From positions 4,384 to 68,383 of the forward strand of contig CALFJA010000086.1 of NCBI GenBank assembly GCA_937877605.1: 64,000 nucleotides of DNA, given 5' to 3'. Position 1 is the first letter of the stretch. Each line of letters starts with the position of its first letter. Under the pieces are notes generated by a model. That model was not told where the DNA came from. It saw nothing but the letters and a program-made list of their open reading frames with translations, and made no database searches. Below are positions 47,464 through 57,114 of this stretch, one piece after another. Position numbers and translations under genes: made by a program. The stretch comes from an uncultured Prevotellaceae bacterium. GTDB taxonomy: Bacteria; Bacteroidota; Bacteroidia; Bacteroidales; Bacteroidaceae.

Positions 47464-48771
47464 ATGAAACATTTCACCCGGCATATTTTCATTATTGGGC
47501 TCTGCTTTTCACTTTTTTTTAACTTTGCGAAGGCATATCCCCAGTCCACAGCCCACCAAGAAACGCTTCAGGCTGACAGCATACACGGCAGCTACACCTT
47601 CAGCCTGCTCACTTGTGGCCCTGGCAGCGAGTCCTACACGCTGTACGGACACACGGCCATTCGCATCGTCAACGAGGTTGCCGGCGAGGATTTCGTCATC
47701 AACTATGGCATCTTTTCCTTCAACCAGCCGCATTTCATGCTGCGTTTCTTACTGGGGAAACCCGACTATCGGGTCGAAGCCGTGCCTTTCGCTTATTTCA
47801 TTCAGGAATATCAGTTAGAGCACCGCTGGGTTAAGGAACAAGTGCTACAACTCACAAACACGGAAAAAGAGACATTGATGAAAGCCATCGCCAACAATCT
47901 GCGCCCTGAGAACAGCACTTATCGCTACAACATCTTCACCGCCAACTGCACCACAAAGGCCGCCGACATCATCGAAAGTTCCTTGCAGCATCCCTTGCAT
48001 GCACCATCGCCGGCTCAGAGCACCTACCGCAGCGAAGTGCATAAATACCTGAAATCCCACCCATGGAATCGCTTTGGCGTTGATTTGCTGCTCGGTGTCA
48101 ATGCCGATAGGATTCTTCCGCAGGACAAGCAAGTGTTTCTTCCCGAACACCTGTCCGATTATTTCGGTGCAGCGAAAACGGAATACGAAGAAAACACCGA
48201 CAAATCAGATGCCCAGGAGAGTACACTCACACCCTTTGTCTCAGCCACAAACATGCTGAATCCGCCCACGGAGTCTGCAGGTTCGAACGAAACACCCTTG
48301 ACAACAGTCTGTTCGCCACGCAATTTATTGTCTTTCATTGCATTACTGGTAATCGTTCTATCTTTTTGCGGATACCGTAGAAAGCGCTTTTTCGTCCCGT
48401 TTGACATTGCCATCGCCTCTATTCTGGGGATAGCGGGCTGCGCACTGCTGTTCATGGCTTTCTCCGAGCATCCTACGGTAAGCCTCAACACGCACATACT
48501 CCTGCTGAATCCGCTGTACCTCTTCTGTATTTGCCCGTTGATAGGCATCAGCCGTCGCAACAAATCAGCGATGGTCAACCCTGACGAGTATCGCCAGTCC
48601 AAACCCGTTCGCATCTTTTTGTGCGGTGTTATTGTCCTTTGCGCACCACTGTTCATACTCTCTTCGCTCATACAGCAACACGCCGACGGGACTCTGCTGC
48701 TAAGCGTAGCGCTCTTCATACGCTATTATTTCTTGCTTTTCCGACAGGCCAGCCCTGCCGCATCCCGGTAG
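47464..48771 (+). CDS. DUF4105 domain membrane protein (Lnb-like lipoprotein N-acyltransferase candidate)
   Basis: The periplasmic N-terminal domain has SLLTCGPGSESYTLYGHTAIRI, typical of DUF4105. C-terminal TM helices follow. Confidence 0.6.
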   Translation: MKHFTRHIFIIGLCFSLFFNFAKAYPQSTAHQETLQADSIHGSYTFSLLTCGPGSESYTLYGHTAIRIVNEVAGEDFVINYGIFSFNQPHFMLRFLLGKPDYRVEAVPFAYFIQEYQLEHRWVKEQVLQLTNTEKETLMKAIANNLRPENSTYRYNIFTANCTTKAADIIESSLQHPLHAPSPAQSTYRSEVHKYLKSHPWNRFGVDLLLGVNADRILPQDKQVFLPEHLSDYFGAAKTEYEENTDKSDAQESTLTPFVSATNMLNPPTESAGSNETPLTTVCSPRNLLSFIALLVIVLSFCGYRRKRFFVPFDIAIASILGIAGCALLFMAFSEHPTVSLNTHILLLNPLYLFCICPLIGISRRNKSAMVNPDEYRQSKPVRIFLCGVIVLCAPLFILSSLIQQHADGTLLLSVALFIRYYFLLFRQASPAASR

Positions 48772-49601
48772 CAGGAAGGCATCAAGTCCACAGACTGCCC
48801 CTCTTCCGTTCTTTCGTCAGGATTTTCCTCTGCGCTTAACCATCTTCTTTTCCATAGAGCAACAACACCATCACTTACGGAAAAGGAAAGCGCAGAGAGC
48901 CTGCAACGCATTACCTCCCACCGGCACATTTGGCCCAATCACCGAAACCGTAAAAAAGGGCGACACATTTTTCGGACTTTTAAAAGGCTTTTATACGACT
49001 GGCATTAACAGCCATTCACATTTCTTAACTTAAAACGGACTGTAAAACCATACTTTTCGCAAAATGAAAAGATAGTTTTTGCAGAACAAAAGGCATCCAG
49101 TTGCAGGGCAAAACCTACCCAGTAGCAATCTCAACATTCCAAAAACGCCGGAAAAGAGTTCGCAACTCGCTGGTTGTCAGCAGAACTTTCGAATACAGGC
49201 ATTTCTCCATCCGGGTGGCAACACATCCCACTACGCACTTTTTAACACGGCAGAAATGTTAAGAAAATGCGATTTTAGTAAGAATAGTTGACAAAATCCA
49301 ATTTGTAAATTAGGCATGTACACGCATACAAAAGGATGATAAGAATGACAATTATAGAGCAACTGACAAGAGGAAAGCACTGGACAAAATCACGAATAAG
49401 AAAGAAACAATCCTTTTCCGCGAGAAAAATGGTTGACTTGAAAGGTGACTTTAATCAAATTATGTAATACTTTTACTCTCAAAGGGTAACGATTACAGAA
49501 ACTGAAAATTGGATGTAAAAATCCTGCCTTCCAAAATCTTAAAATATGTAAAAATCGAAAATAATTTTCAAAATTACTCCCAAGGAATTTCTTTTTTGTT
49601 T

Positions 49602-49609
49602 TACCTTTG
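49602..49609 (+). promoter_or_regulatory. candidate -7 promoter box TACCTTTG for nrdDG
   Basis: Matches TAnnTTTG, 120 nt upstream of the nrdD ATG, with a T-rich run upstream. Confidence 0.45.
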
Positions 49610-49675
49610 CAGCAAATCAGGTTTACAAATTTGAAAACTTTGCGGCGCAAATTTGAACAGGAAGTTGTCCAAAAC

Positions 49676-49713
49676 GGAAAACTTTCCGGAAAATTTTCGA
49701 CGAAAAGTTTTCC
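49676..49713 (+). promoter_or_regulatory. 10-bp perfect inverted repeat in the nrdD 5' leader
   Basis: GGAAAACTTT (49676-49685) and AAAGTTTTCC (49704-49713), ending 16 nt before the ATG. A third GAAAACTTT copy is at about 49633-49641. Confidence 0.4.
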
Positions 49714-49728
49714 AAAACAAACAATAAA

Positions 49729-51834
49729 ATGGAAATTAAAAACTTTACCATCACCAAGCGCGGAGGAGAACAGGCACGCTTCTCCCTTGACAAAATCATG
49801 AACGCTGTCATCAAGGCGTTCGAATCGGTCGGAGAACCGGCCGACTTAGGCTCCATCTCAAAGATTCTCAGCCACTTAGACATTAAAGAAGGCATCACCG
49901 TCGAGGAAATCCAAAACCAGGTTGAGGAATCCTTGATGCGTGAGGGACACTTCAAGGTAGCCAAGTCGTTCATGCTCTATCGGCAACAGCACACCGAAGA
50001 CCGCGAAACACTCGAAAAATTGAACTTTTTGACAGACTATGTCGATTCAGTCAACGCGGCAACCGGTTCAAAGTATGACGCCAATGCAAATGTCGAACAT
50101 AAAAATATTGCAACATTGATTGGCGAACTGCCCAAGGCAAGTTTCATTCGACTGAATCGCCGCCTCTTGACAGACCGGATTAAGAAAATGTACGGCAAGG
50201 AACTGGCCGACAAGTATCTGGACCTCCTTTCCCACCATTTCATCTACAAGAACGACGAGACCTCACTTGCCAACTACTGCGCATCCATTACCATGTACCC
50301 ATGGTTGATTGGCGGTACCACCAGCATCGGCGGCAATTCCACGGCCCCGACCAACCTCAAATCGTTCTGCGGCGGCTTCGTCAACATGGTATTCATGGTA
50401 TCCAGCATGCTCTCCGGTGCCTGCGCAACGCCCGAGTTCCTCATGTACCTTAATTATTTTATAGGCTTGGAATATGGTAAAGAATATTATAAAGAACCTG
50501 ACAAGGTTGTCGACCTCTCCACCAAACAGCGTACAATTGACAAGATGATTACCGACTGTTTCGAGCAGATTGTCTACTCCATTAACCAGCCCACCGGTGC
50601 CCGCAACTACCAAGCCGTGTTCTGGAATGTGGCTTACTACGACCGCTACTACTTCGAGAGCCTGTTCGGCGAGTTCTATTTCCCCGACGGAAGCCAGCCC
50701 GACTGGAACGGACTTTCCTGGCTGCAGAAGCGCTTTATGAAGTGGTTCAACCAGGAACGTCTCAAGACCGTGCTCACATTCCCCGTGGAAACAATGGCAC
50801 TGCTCACCAAAGACGGCGAATGCCTTGATAAGGAATGGGGCGACTTTACCGCCGAGATGTATGCCGAAGGGCACTCGTTCTTTACCTACATGAGCGACAA
50901 TGCCGACTCACTGAGTTCCTGCTGCCGCCTGCGCAACGAGATCCAGGACAACGGATTCAGTTATACGCTGGGGGCTGGAGGTGTTTCCACTGGTTCGAAA
51001 AGCGTGCTTACAGTCAATCTGAACCGCTCCATTCAGTATGCCGTGAACAACGGACTGGACTACAAGGAATTCCTGGGCGAGATTATCGACCTCTGCCACA
51101 AGGTACAGACGGCCTACAACGAAAATCTCAAGGACATGCAGGCACACGGCATGCTACCTCTGTTCGACGCCGGCTACATCAACATTGGACGCCAGTATCT
51201 CACCATCGGCATCAACGGCCTGGTGGAAGCTGCTGAGTTCTTGGGGCTGAAGATAACGGACAATCCTGAGTACCTGAAGTTCGTTCAGGGCGTGCTGGGC
51301 ATCGTGGAGAAATACAACAAGCAGTACCGCACCAAGGATGTGATGTTCAACTGCGAGATGATTCCCGCCGAGAATGTAGGCGTGAAGCATGCAAAATGGG
51401 ACCGTGAGGACGGCTACTTCGTTCCGCGCGACTGCTACAACAGTTATTTCTATGTAGTAGAGGACGACTCCCTGAACATCATTGACAAGTTCAAGCTCCA
51501 CGGAGCCCCCTATATTGAACACCTCACCGGCGGTTCCGCCCTCCACATGAACCTGGAAGAACACCTGTCGAAGGCTCAATATGCCCAGTTGCTCAAGGTG
51601 GCTGCCAAGGAAGGATGCAACTATTTCACCTTCAACATCCCCAATACGCTTTGCAACGACTGCGGGCACATCGACAAGCGTTACCTGAAGGAATGCCCGC
51701 ACTGCCACTCCAAGAATGTAGACTACATGACCCGCATCATCGGTTACCTGAAGCGCGTGAGCAACTTCTCACAGGCACGCCAGGAAGAAGCCGCCCGCCG
51801 CTACTATGCAGGCCAGAAACAGTACACCGTATAA
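49729..51834 (+). CDS. nrdD: anaerobic ribonucleoside-triphosphate reductase
   Basis: 701-aa ORF with an N-terminal ATP-cone, a C-terminal Zn ribbon (CNDCGH...CPHCHS) and a glycyl-radical segment RIIGYLKRV. Confidence 0.95.
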   Translation: MEIKNFTITKRGGEQARFSLDKIMNAVIKAFESVGEPADLGSISKILSHLDIKEGITVEEIQNQVEESLMREGHFKVAKSFMLYRQQHTEDRETLEKLNFLTDYVDSVNAATGSKYDANANVEHKNIATLIGELPKASFIRLNRRLLTDRIKKMYGKELADKYLDLLSHHFIYKNDETSLANYCASITMYPWLIGGTTSIGGNSTAPTNLKSFCGGFVNMVFMVSSMLSGACATPEFLMYLNYFIGLEYGKEYYKEPDKVVDLSTKQRTIDKMITDCFEQIVYSINQPTGARNYQAVFWNVAYYDRYYFESLFGEFYFPDGSQPDWNGLSWLQKRFMKWFNQERLKTVLTFPVETMALLTKDGECLDKEWGDFTAEMYAEGHSFFTYMSDNADSLSSCCRLRNEIQDNGFSYTLGAGGVSTGSKSVLTVNLNRSIQYAVNNGLDYKEFLGEIIDLCHKVQTAYNENLKDMQAHGMLPLFDAGYINIGRQYLTIGINGLVEAAEFLGLKITDNPEYLKFVQGVLGIVEKYNKQYRTKDVMFNCEMIPAENVGVKHAKWDREDGYFVPRDCYNSYFYVVEDDSLNIIDKFKLHGAPYIEHLTGGSALHMNLEEHLSKAQYAQLLKVAAKEGCNYFTFNIPNTLCNDCGHIDKRYLKECPHCHSKNVDYMTRIIGYLKRVSNFSQARQEEAARRYYAGQKQYTV

Positions 51835-51852
51835 AACTGCGGGTAGCACAGT

Positions 51853-52320
51853 ATGCTTAAATTCGTCAATACAGGTATTGTCTTTCAGGAGATTCCCGAC
51901 GAGGTGACGCTGTCCATCAACATCTCGCGCTGTCCCTGCCATTGCCCGGGCTGTCACAGTCAGTACCTGGCAGAAGATATCGGTGAGGACCTCACGCCAG
52001 AAGTAATCGACCGTTTTGCCAGGGACTATGGAAAAGACATTACCTGTATTGCTTTTATGGGCGGCGATGCCGAGCCCGCCTATGTCGACAGCCTTGCCTG
52101 TTATGTGCATGAAAGGCATCCCCGTTTCCGCGTAGCATGGTACAGCGGACGCACCGTTATCTCGAGAGACATCAACCGGAACAATTTCGACTACATCAAG
52201 ATCGGGCCCTACATATCACACCTGGGGGCGCTGAACAAGCCTACCACCAATCAACGGCTGTACAAGAAGAAGGGCGACGGCGAATTCGTGGACATCACTT
52301 CCCGGTTCTGGAAGAAGTAA
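51853..52320 (+). CDS. nrdG: anaerobic ribonucleotide reductase activating protein (radical SAM)
   Basis: 155-aa ORF with CPCHCPGCHS (CxxxCxxC), directly downstream of nrdD. Confidence 0.85.
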   Translation: MLKFVNTGIVFQEIPDEVTLSINISRCPCHCPGCHSQYLAEDIGEDLTPEVIDRFARDYGKDITCIAFMGGDAEPAYVDSLACYVHERHPRFRVAWYSGRTVISRDINRNNFDYIKIGPYISHLGALNKPTTNQRLYKKKGDGEFVDITSRFWKK

Positions 52321-52341
52321 CTCTATTCACGACCGACACCT

Positions 52342-52944
52342 ATGAACGGAACAAGACACCAGCCCGCCATAGCCATAATCGACGCAAACACCCTGTCGGC
52401 CATCGGTCTGAAGCAGTTGTTACAGCAGGTGATGCCGTTCATGCAGATAACTTGCCTGCCTTCTGTGGCAGCCCTCCGTCGTGAAGATATCGGCAAGTTT
52501 TTCCATTATTTCGCATCGATGGACATTGTCCTTGCCGAGATGCCGTTTTTTCTTGAGCACCGGCGGAAGACCATCGTACTCTCCCACTCCACGAAGTCCG
52601 ACTCCCGTATGGACCATTTCCACCACCTTTTCATTGATCAACCCGAACAGGAACTTATCCGCTCACTGCTGGTGCTGGTACAGATGGCGCACGGACATGG
52701 CGAGCATTTGCCCCTTCAAAAGAAGGGACAGTCGGCAAAGGTACTCACCCAACGGGAGATTGAAGTGCTGTCACTCATCGTAAGGGGGTTCATCAACAAG
52801 GAAATTGCCGACCGGCTGCACATCAGCCTGACCACCGTCATCAGCCACCGGAAAAACATCACGGGCAAATTGGGGCTGCGCAGTATCGGCGCCCTGACCA
52901 TCTATGCCGTGATGCAGGGATATGTAGACATATCGGAGATATAA
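52342..52944 (+). CDS. LuxR-family HTH transcriptional regulator with an atypical receiver-like N-terminal domain
   Basis: C-terminal LTQREIEVLSLIVRGFINKEIADRLHISLTTVISHRKNI. The N-terminal domain seems to lack the usual phospho-acceptor Asp context. Confidence 0.7.
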   Translation: MNGTRHQPAIAIIDANTLSAIGLKQLLQQVMPFMQITCLPSVAALRREDIGKFFHYFASMDIVLAEMPFFLEHRRKTIVLSHSTKSDSRMDHFHHLFIDQPEQELIRSLLVLVQMAHGHGEHLPLQKKGQSAKVLTQREIEVLSLIVRGFINKEIADRLHISLTTVISHRKNITGKLGLRSIGALTIYAVMQGYVDISEI

Positions 52945-52974
52945 TAAGATTTTTGCTGTTGTCTTTCTTCCGGC

Positions 52975-54276
52975 CTACAGGAAGGGTGCCAGAAGATGTG
53001 CAAACCATCCGACGAACTTTTTCCACGGCGTCCGCCAGCCGTTCCATGTTTCCTGTGTCAGCAGGAAACTGCGGTGCTTGTCACGCTCGAAGAGGGCATC
53101 CATCTCCGCCGTTGTCGACGGATCCACGACGATGACATTCTCCTCGTAGTCGAAGTTCAGGCTCCGTGCGTTGAGGTTGGCACTGCCAAGAGTGCAGAAC
53201 CTGCCGTCGACCATCATGATTTTCGTATGATGGAAACCCGGTTCAAACATCCAGACCTTGCACCCCCGCTTCATCAGTTGATGGGCATTATAGAAGCCGC
53301 AGTCGGGTGTCAGGGGGATATCGCTCTTCACCGACAGCATGATTTCCACTTTCACTCCTCTTTTCACAGCGCTGCGAAGCGCTTTTTTTATGCCGTGATT
53401 CAGGGTGAAGTATGGGTTGATGAGTTTGATGCTGTCCTGGGCCAGGTCGATGGCAGTAGTGTAGAACTTGCGTATGATTTTGTTGGTGACCGTGGGTTCC
53501 CTGTTGATGATGCCTATCATCTTCCTGCCAGCAGCGAGAGCGGTGTCTGCTGCGAGCATGGGCATATAGCGTTCGGGAGGACATCCGTAGTAGTATTGCG
53601 GTCCGTGAACATTCTGGTGCGTGACTTTATTCCATATTTTGAGGAATATTTTTTGCAGGGAGTTCACCTCGTCGCCCTCGATGCGGCAGTGCATATCGTG
53701 CCATTCGCCGACGACATCCGTACCGTTGATGTAGTAGTCGGCCACATTCATGCCTCCGGTATAGGCCACCTTGCCGTCGATGACGACTATCTTGCGGTGG
53801 TCGCGGGAGAAAGCGTGGTTGATCCAGGGGAAGCGCAGCGGGTCGAATTTCTTGATTTGTATGCCTCGCTGACGGATGAATTTCAGGTGTTTCCGCGTGA
53901 GCGGCTGGTTGTTCGATGCATTGCCGAAGGCATCGAACAACGCACGCACCTCCACGCCGGCGGCGGCACGCTCGGCCAGCAGGTCGAACAGCAGGCTGGC
54001 TATGGAGTCGTTCCTGAAGTTGAAATATTCCAGGTGTATGCTGTGACGGGCATTGCGGATGGCGAGGAAGAGGTCGTCGAACTTCTCCTGCCCCGACTCC
54101 AGCAGCACGATGGCATTGTTGCGTGAGAAAGTTACGCCCTCTCTTTCCATTGCTTCAACCAGCAACGAGTCGGAAGTCGGCTCCTGTGCCCGTACGGCAT
54201 TGCCTGCGAAGAGCGACAGGACAAGGAAGATGATGGTACAAAGGCGGTTCATTCTGCGAGGCATCAAATCATGCAT
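52975..54276 (-). CDS. cls: cardiolipin synthase (PLD superfamily)
   Basis: Two HKD motifs (DHRKIVVIDG and HHTKIMMVDG) and an N-terminal membrane/signal segment. Confidence 0.85.
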   Translation of the reverse strand: MHDLMPRRMNRLCTIIFLVLSLFAGNAVRAQEPTSDSLLVEAMEREGVTFSRNNAIVLLESGQEKFDDLFLAIRNARHSIHLEYFNFRNDSIASLLFDLLAERAAAGVEVRALFDAFGNASNNQPLTRKHLKFIRQRGIQIKKFDPLRFPWINHAFSRDHRKIVVIDGKVAYTGGMNVADYYINGTDVVGEWHDMHCRIEGDEVNSLQKIFLKIWNKVTHQNVHGPQYYYGCPPERYMPMLAADTALAAGRKMIGIINREPTVTNKIIRKFYTTAIDLAQDSIKLINPYFTLNHGIKKALRSAVKRGVKVEIMLSVKSDIPLTPDCGFYNAHQLMKRGCKVWMFEPGFHHTKIMMVDGRFCTLGSANLNARSLNFDYEENVIVVDPSTTAEMDALFERDKHRSFLLTQETWNGWRTPWKKFVGWFAHLLAPFL

Positions 54277-55247
54277 GAATAGTGGTCGACAATGCCCAGC
54301 AGATGTCTTTCCTTGTCCACTACGAGCACCGTATGGATTTTGTGACGGTGCATGATGCGTTGTATCTCTGTAATCTTGGTGTTCGGTGTAACGGTCTTGG
54401 GCTCCCGTGTCATGATGTCGCTGACGGTGTGGTCGAAGAACTTTGCCTGCCAGCGTTCCATGGCGCGGCGTATGTCACCGTCGGTGATGAGTCCCACCAC
54501 CCGACCGTCCTCCAGCGAAACGCCCAGTCCCAGTTTTCCTTTGCTCACCAGGATGATGGCCTCGCCCAGGTGCATGTCGGTGGGCACGATGGGAAGTTCG
54601 TCCGAGCGCATCACATCGGCCGCCGTGGTGAGCAGGCGCTTGCCAAGTTCACCGCCGGGATGGAACTGCGCGAAGTCCTTAGGCTTGAACTTCCGGAGCT
54701 GCATCAGTGCTATGGCCAGTGCATCGCCCATGGCCAGTGCTGCCGTGGTGCTGCTGGTGGGTGCCAGATTCAGCGGACAGGCTTCCTTCTTCACGCTTAC
54801 GGTGATATGGATGGTGCTGTATTTTGCCAGGAGCGACTTCGGGTTGCGCGTCATTGAGACGATGGGTATCTCCATCTGCTGAAGCATTGGCACAAATCGG
54901 AGCAGTTCGTCGGTCTGCCCCGAGTTGCTCAGTGCCAGCACCACATCCTCTTTTGTTATCACGCCGAGGTCACCGTGGAAGACATCCAGTGGATTGATGA
55001 AGAACGAGGGCGTGCCGGTGCTCGACAGCGTGGCGGCTATCTTCGCCCCCACATGCCCACTCTTGCCCACACCCGTGACGATAACTTTGCCATGGCAGCT
55101 GAAGATCAAATCGACAGCACGGTCGAAATTGTCATCCAACTGTGGTATCAGGTCGAGCAAGGCCTGTGCCTCGTCATGTAGACATTGTGCGGCAACCTCG
55201 CGAATGGCTGAAATATGATGGTCCATAAAGCGTTTCTCCTTATTCAA
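54264..55247 (-). CDS. kpsF: arabinose-5-phosphate isomerase (KpsF/GutQ family; SIS plus CBS pair)
   Basis: SIS motif GKVIVTGVGKSGHVGAKIA and a C-terminal CBS pair. Confidence 0.85.
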   Translation of the reverse strand: MNKEKRFMDHHISAIREVAAQCLHDEAQALLDLIPQLDDNFDRAVDLIFSCHGKVIVTGVGKSGHVGAKIAATLSSTGTPSFFINPLDVFHGDLGVITKEDVVLALSNSGQTDELLRFVPMLQQMEIPIVSMTRNPKSLLAKYSTIHITVSVKKEACPLNLAPTSSTTAALAMGDALAIALMQLRKFKPKDFAQFHPGGELGKRLLTTAADVMRSDELPIVPTDMHLGEAIILVSKGKLGLGVSLEDGRVVGLITDGDIRRAMERWQAKFFDHTVSDIMTREPKTVTPNTKITEIQRIMHRHKIHTVLVVDKERHLLGIVDHYSCMI

Positions 55248-55332
55248 TTTGAGAACTAATCATTCAACCTACAAAGGTACACAAAAGTTGCAAAAAAGCA
55301 ACTGAAAACGCCCCTGTTTTTCACTCGTTTTC

Positions 55333-55443
55333 CGTTTGGGGCCCATTCGCAATGTGTTTGGGGCCTAAATGGCTTGCGTTTGAAGCCCAAACGCATCGCG
55401 TTTAAGGCTCAATTGCAATCCGTTGGATTCCAACAGGTTGCAA
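55333..55443. repeat. REP-like palindromic intergenic element, copy 4 (inverted relative to copy 3)
   Basis: CCGTTTGGGGCCC, GTGTTTGGGGCC, GCGTTTGAAGCCCAAACGC and CCGTTGGATTCCAACAGGTTGCAA. The last unit is the reverse complement of the AACCTGTTGGTTTCCAACGG unit of copy 3. Confidence 0.8.
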
Positions 55444-55555
55444 AGGCAGTCCAGAACCCTCTGCCAAAGCGTCGTAAAAGGTTCTTTCAAGAGTGGTGAA
55501 AGGCATCTGTTTGAAAATAAACGAAGCAAAATGCGGCAGTTCCGAAAAAAACACT

Positions 55556-55563
55556 TAACTTTG
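55556..55563 (+). promoter_or_regulatory. candidate -7 promoter box TAACTTTG upstream of the structured leader and methyltransferase
   Basis: Matches TAnnTTTG. The predicted start of transcription, about 55568-55572, coincides with the base of hairpin 1. Confidence 0.4.
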
Positions 55564-55567
55564 TCTC

Positions 55568-55776
55568 ACGGATGCAGCACACGGCAAGCGAGCCCTGCAT
55601 CCGTCTTCGTGGAAAACTAACAAGCGTTTGCTGTTATTCGGAATACTTCAGAATTTAGCACATTCAAAGAGACAAAACCGAAAGAATAAGTTGCAGGCGC
55701 CTGTGCTATATAGCATGGGCGTGACTTATCCGGTTTTGTAGGCAAGTGCTAAAGCCTTGAAGTATGGATGAGAATA
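55568..55776 (+). ncRNA. candidate structured RNA / long 5' leader (10-bp hairpin plus a 142-nt rod-like hairpin with ~45 bp)
   Basis: Hairpin 1: 55568-55577 pairs with 55595-55604. The rod has six nested helices: 55635-39/55772-76, 55643-50/55758-65, 55655-61/55746-52, 55672-80/55731-39, 55686-91/55724-29 and 55698-707/55712-21. Two G.U pairs are compatible only with a plus-strand transcript. Confidence 0.35.
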
Positions 55777-55820
55777 TCGTTCATGCTTTTTTGTGCTTTG
55801 CATTAGCCTACCCTCCGACT

Positions 55821-55830
55821 GATAAGCATT
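55821..55830. repeat. 10-bp direct repeat GATAAGCATT, left copy
   Basis: An identical 10-mer recurs at 58300-58309. Together they bracket the methyltransferase-nuclease cassette and its terminator. Confidence 0.6.
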
Positions 55831-55851
55831 CGCCTAAAACCTATATGGCAC

Positions 55852-57042
<1,191 letters not shown>

Positions 57043-57114
57043 CAAATACGACCGGCCATATCTAAAGGGCAAGAGAATGTACATGAGATTATTTATTGCT
57101 AAAAGAGATAAACA

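Noticed and set aside
49390-49973. ORFs 49390-49650 and 49623-49973 on the minus strand upstream of and overlapping the nrdD start.
   Set aside because: The first lies in an AT-rich spacer and covers the nrdD promoter box. The second is antisense to the nrdD ATP-cone. Neither has recognisable features.
55423-55620. 65-aa basic ORF upstream of the methyltransferase, considered as a possible small regulator or antitoxin.
   Set aside because: It starts inside the REP-like element and runs through the predicted promoter box and hairpin 1. It has no recognisable fold or leader, so it is more likely non-coding.
55635-55776. The rod-like hairpin interpreted as 6S RNA, a retron msr-msd or an IscB/HEARO-type guide RNA.
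   Set aside because: - 6S RNA should be longer, with a large central bubble; here the largest internal loop is 10 x 6 nt.
- There is no reverse transcriptase nearby for a retron.
- There is no RuvC-HNH (IscB) protein; the HNH here is fused to DUF262.

It is kept only as an unclassified structured RNA candidate.
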